Source: an uncultured virus (IMG/VR IMGVR_UViG_3300033388_003316)
Lineage: Duplodnaviria; Heunggongvirae; Uroviricota; Caudoviricetes
DNA: 64,000 bases
Virus record (IMG/VR): IMGVR_UViG_3300033388_003316
Reading direction: 5' to 3' (one strand)
In this document: piece after piece, positions 1 to 7,652 of the stretch
How positions within the stretch are numbered: the first letter of the stretch is position 1
Layout of the letters: each line of letters opens with the position of its first letter
Made by a program: the position numbers and the translations under genes
The notes under the pieces: generated by a model
Seen by the model: the letters and a program-made list of their open reading frames with translations, nothing else
Told to the model about the DNA's origin: nothing
Databases searched by the model: none

Positions 1-45
1 AAATTAGGGGGTAGTATGATAAAAGGTAGAAAAAAATCATACTAA
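1..45 (+). CDS. 3' end of an upstream gene (partial, ...KLGGSMIKGRKKSY*)
   Basis: Frame 1 is open from base 1 to TAA at 43-45 and is followed directly by a terminator-like hairpin. Confidence 0.45.
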   Translation, partial: KLGGSMIKGRKKSY

Positions 46-78
46 TTATGGAGTATTCTACTCCATAAGTTTTCTTTT
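46..78 (+). terminator. Intrinsic terminator-like hairpin
   Basis: TTATGGAGTA-TTC-TACTCCATAA stem followed by GTTTTCTTTT. Confidence 0.65.
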
Positions 79-92
79 CCGAATTTAAAAAC

Positions 93-99
93 TATTTAT
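93..99 (+). promoter_or_regulatory. Putative late promoter motif TATTTAT
   Basis: The same motif recurs upstream of most structural genes in this window. Confidence 0.55.
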
Positions 100-141
100 T
101 GTTAAGAACAGAAAATAATACAACAAAAAAAATTAAAGTAA

Positions 142-2994
142 ATGGCTTCTTCAAATAGAGTATTTGTCTCACCAGGTGTTTACACGTCTGAAAGGGATTT
201 ATCATTTGTAACTCGTAATGTTGGTGTAACAACGTTGGGTTTAGTTGGGGAGACTGTAAAAGGTCCTGCATTCCAACCAATCTTCGTTAGTAACTACGAT
301 GAGTTCAAATCATTCTTCGGTGGGTTAAACCCAGCTAAAATAAAAGATACTGGTGTAGCAAAGTATGAATTACCTTACATCGCAAAATCATATTTATCAC
401 AATCTAATCAGTTATTTGTTTCGAGAATCTTAGGGTTCTCTGGATATGATGCTGGTATGTCTTGGGGGATAACTTTGGATGCCGCAATGGATTCAACGAC
501 TGTTGCCGCAACAACAAGTGAGGTTGAATATGACCCGCTAATTACATATACTGCTTCAACATCTGGTGAGTTAACAACAGTTGTTATTGCAAATACCGAA
601 TTACAAAAACTTTATGATGATGGTTTAGTGACCTTATCTTTTTTACCGACAGCAATTGTAGGTGATTCTGCTTCTTATGAAACAATATTTGATAAGGTAT
701 CTGAAACTGGATGTGATTTTTATGGTGTTTCATTTGATACTGAAGTTATTTCAACTAGTACTGATGTTAGTGGTAACACTATTGGTGTTGCTAGTGGGGT
801 TACAATTGATTATTCCGCATCTTGTTTCTCAGATGTTGAAAATAAAGTCGTTGCATTACTTAGGTCTAGAGGTAGATACGATGGTGATGAGTTCTTAACG
901 TTTGATTGTACTGGTGGTACGACAAATATTGGTGTTTCAGTTAGTGGTGGTACTGCTCAAACTGACCCGTTGGGTACATTCACAATAACTGGTAATTCAT
1001 ACTTTCAAGGTTCATTTAATTATTCTTTATCTTTCGATAGGAATAAAAAGAATTATATTACTAGAGTACTTGGAAGAGGGGCTCAAGATGATACAACTTC
1101 ATTATTCGTTGAAGAAATTTACGAAAACATGTTAGAAGATTTAATTGCTGATGATAAAGTTAGAGGTGTAAATATGTCACTAGTTGAGTACGGTAGGGAA
1201 TTTGATGATAATTTAGAAGAATTTCAACCAGCAGTTACACCGTATGTTGTATCTGAGGTTAGAGGTAATAAAGTGTTGAGGTTATTTAGGTTTTGGACAA
1301 TTTCTGACGGTAATGCGGCAAATAAAGAGTTTAAGATTTCAATTAGTAATATAAGACCTGATGATAAGTTGTTTGATGTTGAGATTAGAAGTTATGCGGA
1401 TACTGATGCTAATAAATTAGTTCTAGAAAAATTCACAAAATGTAATATGGACCCGACTTCAGATAGATTTATTGGTAGAAGAATTGGTACTTTAGATGGT
1501 GAATTTGTATCAAGGTCTAATTATGTTTTAGTTGATGTTGAAGAAGATTCAGATGGTAGTGATGCGTTTCCAGCTGGTTTTGTTGGTTACCCAGTAAGGG
1601 ATTATGATGCTAACGGTAATTCAGGTGTTCAAAACCCATCTATATCTTATAAAAAATCTTATAATGCATTTGAAAAGAAAAGAAAATATTATTTAGGTCT
1701 TTCAGATACTGTTGGTATCGACCAAGACTTTTTTGATTATAAAGGTAAACCAGATAGTTCAACATTAAATATGTGGACTGGGTTAACAAAGGGGTTCCAT
1801 ATGGATATTGAGGCTTCTGCTGTAACTATCGATAATGTTGAAGTTGTTGTTAATACGACTGGTGGTACTTATGCCCCAACGTTTGAATTTGAAACGGGTA
1901 ATGCTGAGTTTAAAAATGATTTTGACATAGTTGGTACTGATTATGAAAAAACTTATGCACGTAAATTTACCTTTGCACCATACGGTGGTTTTGATGGATG
2001 GGATATTTATAGAACTAGAAGAACTAATCAAGATAGTTATCAAATAAATGGTAATAAAGGTTCGATAGGCCTAACGTCTGGTGTTTTTGAAAACAGAGTG
2101 TTAACTAATGGTGAGAATGGTATTAATTCCGATTATTATGCATACTTTGAAGGTATGAGAACATTTGCAAACCCAGAAGCAATTAATATTAATGTTTTTG
2201 CAACACCTGGTATTGATATGGTTGACCACCCTTCATTGATTGATGAAACAATTGAGATGATTGAGACGGAAAGAGCTGATTCAATATATATAGCGACACT
2301 TCCAGATACTGATGGTTCTGGTGGTTTAATGACTGCTGAGGATGCTGTTGATAATATTGATGATGCATACGATAGTAATTATACAGCAACATACTGGCCT
2401 TGGGTTCAAGTTCAAGATTCTGAAAATAGTCAACTAATTTGGTTACCACCAACAAGGGATGTTGTTAGAAATATTGCTTTAACTGATAATATTGCTTTTC
2501 CTTGGTTTGCAGCTGCGGGTGTACAAAGAGGTGATGTTAATGCAATTAAAGCTAGAAAAAAATTAACTTTAGAAGAAAGAGATACACTTTATGAGGGGAG
2601 AATTAACCCTATCGCAACATTTGCAAGTGAAGGTATTAAAATATGGGGTAATAAAACCCTTCAAGTTAAAGAGTCTGCGTTAGATAGAATAAGTGTTAGG
2701 AGGTTATTGTTACAAGCTAGAAAACTTATTTCTGCTGTATCTATTAGATTGTTATTCGAACAAAATGATGATATCGTTAGGAATCAATTTTTAGGTTTAG
2801 TTAACCCAATATTAGATAACATTAGAACTGAAAGAGGTTTGACTGACTTTAGGGTTCAGTTGGATGATGACCCAGAGGCAATTGATAGAAATGAACTTTG
2901 TGGTAGGATATTTATTAAACCTACTAGAGCTTTAGAATTTATCTGCGTAGAATTCAATGTTATGAATACAGGGGCATCATTTGATGATATCTAA
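142..2994 (+). CDS. Contractile tail sheath protein (T4 gp18-like)
   Basis: N-terminal FVSPGVYTSERDLS; C-terminal sheath motifs YWPW, PWFAAAG..RG, RINPI, IWGNKTL, LDRISVRRLL, IFIKPTRALEFI. Confidence 0.95.
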   Translation: MASSNRVFVSPGVYTSERDLSFVTRNVGVTTLGLVGETVKGPAFQPIFVSNYDEFKSFFGGLNPAKIKDTGVAKYELPYIAKSYLSQSNQLFVSRILGFSGYDAGMSWGITLDAAMDSTTVAATTSEVEYDPLITYTASTSGELTTVVIANTELQKLYDDGLVTLSFLPTAIVGDSASYETIFDKVSETGCDFYGVSFDTEVISTSTDVSGNTIGVASGVTIDYSASCFSDVENKVVALLRSRGRYDGDEFLTFDCTGGTTNIGVSVSGGTAQTDPLGTFTITGNSYFQGSFNYSLSFDRNKKNYITRVLGRGAQDDTTSLFVEEIYENMLEDLIADDKVRGVNMSLVEYGREFDDNLEEFQPAVTPYVVSEVRGNKVLRLFRFWTISDGNAANKEFKISISNIRPDDKLFDVEIRSYADTDANKLVLEKFTKCNMDPTSDRFIGRRIGTLDGEFVSRSNYVLVDVEEDSDGSDAFPAGFVGYPVRDYDANGNSGVQNPSISYKKSYNAFEKKRKYYLGLSDTVGIDQDFFDYKGKPDSSTLNMWTGLTKGFHMDIEASAVTIDNVEVVVNTTGGTYAPTFEFETGNAEFKNDFDIVGTDYEKTYARKFTFAPYGGFDGWDIYRTRRTNQDSYQINGNKGSIGLTSGVFENRVLTNGENGINSDYYAYFEGMRTFANPEAININVFATPGIDMVDHPSLIDETIEMIETERADSIYIATLPDTDGSGGLMTAEDAVDNIDDAYDSNYTATYWPWVQVQDSENSQLIWLPPTRDVVRNIALTDNIAFPWFAAAGVQRGDVNAIKARKKLTLEERDTLYEGRINPIATFASEGIKIWGNKTLQVKESALDRISVRRLLLQARKLISAVSIRLLFEQNDDIVRNQFLGLVNPILDNIRTERGLTDFRVQLDDDPEAIDRNELCGRIFIKPTRALEFICVEFNVMNTGASFDDI

Positions 2995-3015
2995 AATTAT
3001 ATAACTATAAGCATT

Positions 3016-3039
3016 AAAGGACCTAATAGGTCCTTTTTT
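3016..3039 (+). terminator. Intrinsic terminator
   Basis: AAAGGACCT-AAT-AGGTCCTTT stem plus T run after the sheath stop. Confidence 0.8.
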
Positions 3040-3050
3040 GTGTTTATAGG

Positions 3051-3058
3051 ATATTTAT
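3051..3058 (+). promoter_or_regulatory. Putative late promoter ATATTTAT
   Basis: Lies between the terminator and the start of the 3070 gene. Confidence 0.6.
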
Positions 3059-3069
3059 TATAAAAAGTG

Positions 3070-4167
3070 ATGGGAAAAAAATTAGTTATATCAGAAAGTC
3101 AATTAGAGTTAATCACAAAACATATCCAAAATAATGGTTCCTTAAATGAAATTGTTATTGAAGAAGGTTTTAAGGACCTAGCACTTGGGTTATTAATGTT
3201 GGCGGGTGCTAACTTAACTGGTCAAAATAAAGCTATAGCACAAAATGCTCTTGATAATCAAGATATCGTACAAAAAATTGACTCAACGTTAGCTGATACC
3301 ACTGAGTTAAATAAACTTATAGATAGGATTGATTCTAAAATGCCGAATGCGGGTAAAATAATTCAACAAAATGCTGACCAAATAAAAGCTACAATTAATT
3401 ATATTTCTGATAAAAACTCTGTTAATCAAAATATTTCTCGTTCTAGGACGACTAGCCCATCAGTAGTTAGAAGTAAATTAAAACAAGGTTATGCAGTATC
3501 TGATATTAAAATAAGTAGAGATACTATATTACCAACCAAATCGATTGTAACTGTTAAGGATACGATTAATTTTAAATGGTCTTCAGATAATTTTTTTGAA
3601 ACTGGTACATTTCAAATGAATCAAAATTCATTAGATTCAGTATCTACCGTAATTAATGAAATAAATTTACAAGGTGGTAAGGTTATTGGTGTTTATATTG
3701 AATCTTCAACTGATAAAGAACCTATTAGAATGGGTAATGATAGGTTGGCACAGTTAAGAGGTAATAGTGTTAAAGAATTTATTAGTACGTTAGATGTTGG
3801 TGACGCATCATTTGATGTTAATATAAGTCCAGATAGTGGTCCTGATATATATAAATTAGGTATGTCTAAAGAAGATAGGTTAGAAGCACGTATTAAGACT
3901 GCACCATATAGGTTTGTTAATATTAGGTTAGTCGTTGTTTTTGATGAGGAAGTTAAACAAGGTGAAACGGCCCCTCAAGTTATTGAGAGACATCAATATG
4001 AATTAGTTAAGATTAACACACTAATTTATAAAAAAGTTAAAATTAGATACAAGAAAGGTGATAATAAGACATCTTGTAAAGAAATTAAAACTAAAGATAA
4101 AAAAGGGGTTGTTAAAACAGCTAGTTGTGAGACATTTAATAATAGTGGTTTAACATGGACACAGTAA
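3070..4167 (+). CDS. Hypothetical (probably virion-associated) protein with a hydrophobic segment and an OmpA-like domain
   Basis: N-terminal KKLVISESQL; LALGLLMLAGANL; F.TG...IESSTDKEP...NDRLAQLRGNSVKEFI...RFVNIRL resembles the OmpA-C fold. GTG at 3067 is an alternative start. Confidence 0.6.
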   Translation: MGKKLVISESQLELITKHIQNNGSLNEIVIEEGFKDLALGLLMLAGANLTGQNKAIAQNALDNQDIVQKIDSTLADTTELNKLIDRIDSKMPNAGKIIQQNADQIKATINYISDKNSVNQNISRSRTTSPSVVRSKLKQGYAVSDIKISRDTILPTKSIVTVKDTINFKWSSDNFFETGTFQMNQNSLDSVSTVINEINLQGGKVIGVYIESSTDKEPIRMGNDRLAQLRGNSVKEFISTLDVGDASFDVNISPDSGPDIYKLGMSKEDRLEARIKTAPYRFVNIRLVVVFDEEVKQGETAPQVIERHQYELVKINTLIYKKVKIRYKKGDNKTSCKEIKTKDKKGVVKTASCETFNNSGLTWTQ

Positions 4168-4280
4168 CTTATATTTTGTATTATTTTAATATATTTGGTT
4201 TAAAAATATGGTTAAAACACATATTTAACTTATTACTATTAATTAAGTTTAAAAAAAAATAACAAAAAGTAAATTTCTCT

Positions 4281-4288
4281 ATATTTAT
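4281..4288 (+). promoter_or_regulatory. Putative late promoter ATATTTAT
   Basis: 34 nt upstream of the tail tube ATG. Confidence 0.6.
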
Positions 4289-4322
4289 TATTAAATAAAG
4301 AGAACTTTAAAACTTAATTAAA

Positions 4323-4811
4323 ATGGCTGATTTGTTAATGAAAATGCCCGTACCTTACGAACCAAAGAAAAAAAATCGTTGGTTAATTAGATTCCCATCT
4401 GATTTAGGGATTCAAGAATGGTGGCTACAAAGTGCTTCAAGACCTTCTATTACACAAAATGAAGTTGAGATTCCGTTTCTTAACACATCAACTTGGGTGA
4501 TTGGTAGATTTACTTGGGAGCCAATAACTGTTACTTTTAGAGACCCTATTGGTCCATCTGCTTCACAAGCAATAATGGAGTGGGTTAGATTACACTCAGA
4601 GTCTATCACAGGTAGACAGGGTTATGCTGCTGGATACAAGAAAGATGTGGAAGTAGAAATGCTTGACCCAACAGGTGTTGTTATTGAGAAGTGGGTATTA
4701 CAAGGTACAATGGCAACTAATGTTAACTTCGGTGATTTATCATTTGATGATGATTCAATCGCAGATATTACAGTGGACCTAAGATTCGATAGGGCGATAT
4801 TAGTATTCTAA
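4323..4811 (+). CDS. Tail tube protein (T4 gp19-like)
   Basis: 162 aa downstream of the sheath; EPK..NRW, ASRPSI, GRFTWEPITVTFRD, YKKD..VEMLDPTG.V.EKW.LQG. Confidence 0.92.
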   Translation: MADLLMKMPVPYEPKKKNRWLIRFPSDLGIQEWWLQSASRPSITQNEVEIPFLNTSTWVIGRFTWEPITVTFRDPIGPSASQAIMEWVRLHSESITGRQGYAAGYKKDVEVEMLDPTGVVIEKWVLQGTMATNVNFGDLSFDDDSIADITVDLRFDRAILVF

Positions 4812-4824
4812 TAATGTATTATAT

Positions 4825-4862
4825 AAAAAAAAAGACTGTCTGTTTGGGCAGTCTTTTTTTTT
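4825..4862 (+). terminator. Intrinsic (possibly bidirectional) terminator
   Basis: A9-GACTGTC-TGTTT-GGGCAGTC-T run. Confidence 0.8.
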
Positions 4863-4918
4863 ATATATAACCTTTGTGTTGTTTTTTTAAAATGTAAATG
4901 ATAAAACTTTACTATGTG

Positions 4919-4925
4919 TATTTAT
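4919..4925 (+). promoter_or_regulatory. Putative late promoter TATTTAT
   Basis: Between the terminator and the 4972 ATG. Confidence 0.5.
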
Positions 4926-4971
4926 ATAATAGATTACAATAATAATAATACTTTATAATAGTTTTAAAAAT

Positions 4972-6108
4972 ATGTCAGAAAAAAAACCAGGTGTTATACC
5001 TAAAGTTTTAGATAAATCTAATATTAATATGATGGAGCAAGCTAACCAAACTGGTTCAGATATTGCTAATCAATTTGAAAAAGAACAAGGGGTTAAGTTC
5101 GATAATGATGTTTCTATAGGTGAGCAGGCAGCAGCTGAAGCTATGCGTATAAAAACTGAAGAACAAATTGCTGAAAGAGAAAGATTGTTGCAGGTTCAAA
5201 AAGATAGGGCTGCATTGTTAGAAGCGGACAGACTTAAGATGATGAGTCAAAAACCACCAACTAATAAACCAGTTAAACCACCAACACCACCAACACCACC
5301 AACAAGTCCGTCTGGGTATGATATGTCACCAGAATTACCAAAACCAGTGGACAAATATCATGAAATTAGTCAACCTCAAATGAATACGTCATTTGACGTT
5401 ATTCCACTACCTTCTGAAGGTAAACTATACCGAGGGGGTAAAAAGTCCATTAAAGTGGCTTATTTGACTGCTTCTGATGAAAATATACTTACTAATCCAA
5501 ACCTAATGGAGAGTGGTGAGTTTTTAGAAATTTTATTAAATAGAAAAATACTTGAGCCAGAATTAAGATATAAAGACCTACATGTTGGTGATAGGAATGC
5601 TATCATGATTTGGCTTAGGGCTACTGGATATGGTCATGATTACCCAATTACCGTTTATGACCCAGAAACAGCTGAGCCATTTGAACATATTGTTGATTTA
5701 TCAAAATTAAAAACTATCACTTTAAATGTTGATACCGATAAAGAAGGTTTGATTGATTTTGAATTACCTTTAACTAAAGCTAATATTAAAATTAAATTAT
5801 TGACTGTTGGTGATGTTGATGATATTGAAAAACATATTGATGATAAAATTAAACTTAATGATGGTACTGTTGATACGGTGACTTATACATTGGAAAAACA
5901 TATTGTTGATGTTAATGGTAATAGGGATAAGTTATTTATAAAAAACTTTGTTAAAACTATGCGAGTTGGTGACTCAAATGCTATTAAAAAATATATTGAT
6001 AAAATTGATAGTGGAATTGATATGAAGTTAGAGATTGAGACTCCTGGGGGTGGGTCTCTAAGTACGTTTCTTCCCATTAACGTCAAGTTTTTTTGGCCTG
6101 ACTTATAG
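4972..6108 (+). CDS. Baseplate hub/tail assembly chaperone (T4 gp26-like) with a Pro-rich N-terminal extension
   Basis: IPLPSEGKLY, LTASDENIL, L.VGDRNAIMIWLR..GYG, FELP.T, C-terminal FFWPDL; located between tube and tape measure genes. Confidence 0.75.
   Translation: MSEKKPGVIPKVLDKSNINMMEQANQTGSDIANQFEKEQGVKFDNDVSIGEQAAAEAMRIKTEEQIAERERLLQVQKDRAALLEADRLKMMSQKPPTNKPVKPPTPPTPPTSPSGYDMSPELPKPVDKYHEISQPQMNTSFDVIPLPSEGKLYRGGKKSIKVAYLTASDENILTNPNLMESGEFLEILLNRKILEPELRYKDLHVGDRNAIMIWLRATGYGHDYPITVYDPETAEPFEHIVDLSKLKTITLNVDTDKEGLIDFELPLTKANIKIKLLTVGDVDDIEKHIDDKIKLNDGTVDTVTYTLEKHIVDVNGNRDKLFIKNFVKTMRVGDSNAIKKYIDKIDSGIDMKLEIETPGGGSLSTFLPINVKFFWPDL
6088..6094 (+). promoter_or_regulatory. Candidate slippery site (T7) for a +1/-2 frameshift
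   Basis: AAG TTT TTT TGG in frame 0; the shifted frame TTT TTT GGC CTG... runs without a stop into ATG 6146. Confidence 0.6.
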
Positions 6109-6145
6109 TTATAAAAAACCATTTCTGCAAGAGATTTATATATGT

Positions 6146-6367
6146 ATGAAACACTTGGGGTTTCAATATAGTGAAGTTATGTCAATGCCAGTTTACGAAA
6201 GAAGATTTTATATCGATATGTTTAAAGACGAGATGGAATTACAAAAAGAAAAAATGGATGAGGTTCGCGAAAACGCAAAATCTGGTGGTAAAGGAAAACG
6301 AAGTAAAAGAGTGTCTGGTGAGACATTAAAATCACAAATTAGAAATAATCAAATCCCTAACCAATAA
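6146..6367 (+). CDS. Small tail/baseplate chaperone partner (probable frameshift extension of the 4972 gene)
   Basis: GFQYSEVMSMPVYERRFYI pattern typical of the second chaperone segment; frame open from 6062. Confidence 0.65.
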   Translation: MKHLGFQYSEVMSMPVYERRFYIDMFKDEMELQKEKMDEVRENAKSGGKGKRSKRVSGETLKSQIRNNQIPNQ

Positions 6368-6383
6368 AAAGTTAGGGATTTTT
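6351..6383 (+). terminator. Intrinsic terminator overlapping the stop codon
   Basis: AAATCCCTAAC-loop-GTTAGGGATTT plus TT. Confidence 0.65.
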
Positions 6384-6394
6384 GGTATGTAATG

Positions 6395-6402
6395 ATATTT
6401 AT
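6395..6402 (+). promoter_or_regulatory. Putative late promoter ATATTTAT
   Basis: Between the terminator and ATG 6417. Confidence 0.6.
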
Positions 6403-6416
6403 TACTAAACAATACT

Positions 6417-7649
6417 ATGAAATTGAGAGTCGAACATACTAAATTAAAGTCACTTATTACTGAGGCAACATATCAAGATGCATTCGCCCAAATAAAAAAA
6501 GGGGATATGTTAATTGTTAAGAGTGGTGAACAAGTTTATAAATCTGAGATTATAAGTAAGTTTAGTAATCAAGTTACTTTTGAATGGGGGGGACAATACT
6601 ATATAATAACTGACAATTCTTATGATGGTAGAAACCTTAGCACTATGAGAATGGTTATTGGTGATGATGGTAAGAAAAAAACAACAGTTAAAGGTCCAAC
6701 AATAAAAGGTGTTTATAATATTATCGTTAAAAGAGGTGATAAAATAGTCACTGGGGTAACACCAAATAATGGTAGACCAAAAGATAAAGAAGAAGACCAA
6801 GAGAGTGATAATTCACAATTTAAAATAAGGCGTGATGATATTTATTCAGCATTTAAAGATATGAAAGATGGTGATGTTATTGAAATAACAACTGGTAAAG
6901 TTATAACAAAGGGTGTTGATAAGGGTTCATTAGCTAAAAATTCTATCACTTCAATTAAATTAAAATCAGAAGGTTTAATGGGGAAATGGATTAAAATGAG
7001 TCCAATTGCTTTTACTGGTGCTGAGGCAAGTAAATATTCCACATATGATAATACATATTTCTTTTTTGATGTTGGTTCGATTAAAACAACAAAGGAAGGG
7101 ATAATTTTAATTCCAACTATAAAGGATTTAAATACTGGTAAAACAGGTAAGTTACAAATAAAAAATGTCTTTGGTGTTGAGAATATTGGTGTACACTCAG
7201 GGACTCCAGAGTATACTGTTGATGATATTATGAAATCACCATCTATGAGAAAAATAATGCTTAAGAATCCAAGTTTACTGGATAAAATTTTGGGTAGAAA
7301 TAAACCGACTGGTATTGTCCCATTAGAAAAGAAATTATCTTCTATTGGTTTAAATACTAAAGCTAAAAAAGGTAAAAGAGTTAAATACCAATTCAATGGG
7401 GTCGATATTAGACCAGATAAAGCTTTTAATTTTAAGGATGGTAAAACTTACATTGGTAGATTTACAAAACAAAATGTAATTAGAAGAACAGGGGATAATA
7501 GAAGGGAGTCTATGTATTTAACTATGGGTAATAAGAATGATGATGATACTTATGATGTAATTGTAGATTATGTTAAAACTATTAACAATGAACCACAACG
7601 TGAGCAAATTGGTAGTGGTAAAATAAAGATTATTGAATTAATAAAATAA
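6417..7649 (+). CDS. Hypothetical basic protein (possible head-internal protein)
   Basis: 410 aa Lys-rich ORF with its own late motif; N-terminal LKSLITEA. Confidence 0.7.
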   Translation: MKLRVEHTKLKSLITEATYQDAFAQIKKGDMLIVKSGEQVYKSEIISKFSNQVTFEWGGQYYIITDNSYDGRNLSTMRMVIGDDGKKKTTVKGPTIKGVYNIIVKRGDKIVTGVTPNNGRPKDKEEDQESDNSQFKIRRDDIYSAFKDMKDGDVIEITTGKVITKGVDKGSLAKNSITSIKLKSEGLMGKWIKMSPIAFTGAEASKYSTYDNTYFFFDVGSIKTTKEGIILIPTIKDLNTGKTGKLQIKNVFGVENIGVHSGTPEYTVDDIMKSPSMRKIMLKNPSLLDKILGRNKPTGIVPLEKKLSSIGLNTKAKKGKRVKYQFNGVDIRPDKAFNFKDGKTYIGRFTKQNVIRRTGDNRRESMYLTMGNKNDDDTYDVIVDYVKTINNEPQREQIGSGKIKIIELIK

Positions 7650-7652
7650 TAA

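Noticed and set aside
6088..6101. Classical -1 frameshift at the T7 run
   Set aside because: The -1 frame hits TGA two codons later; only the +1/-2 frame joins the downstream ORF
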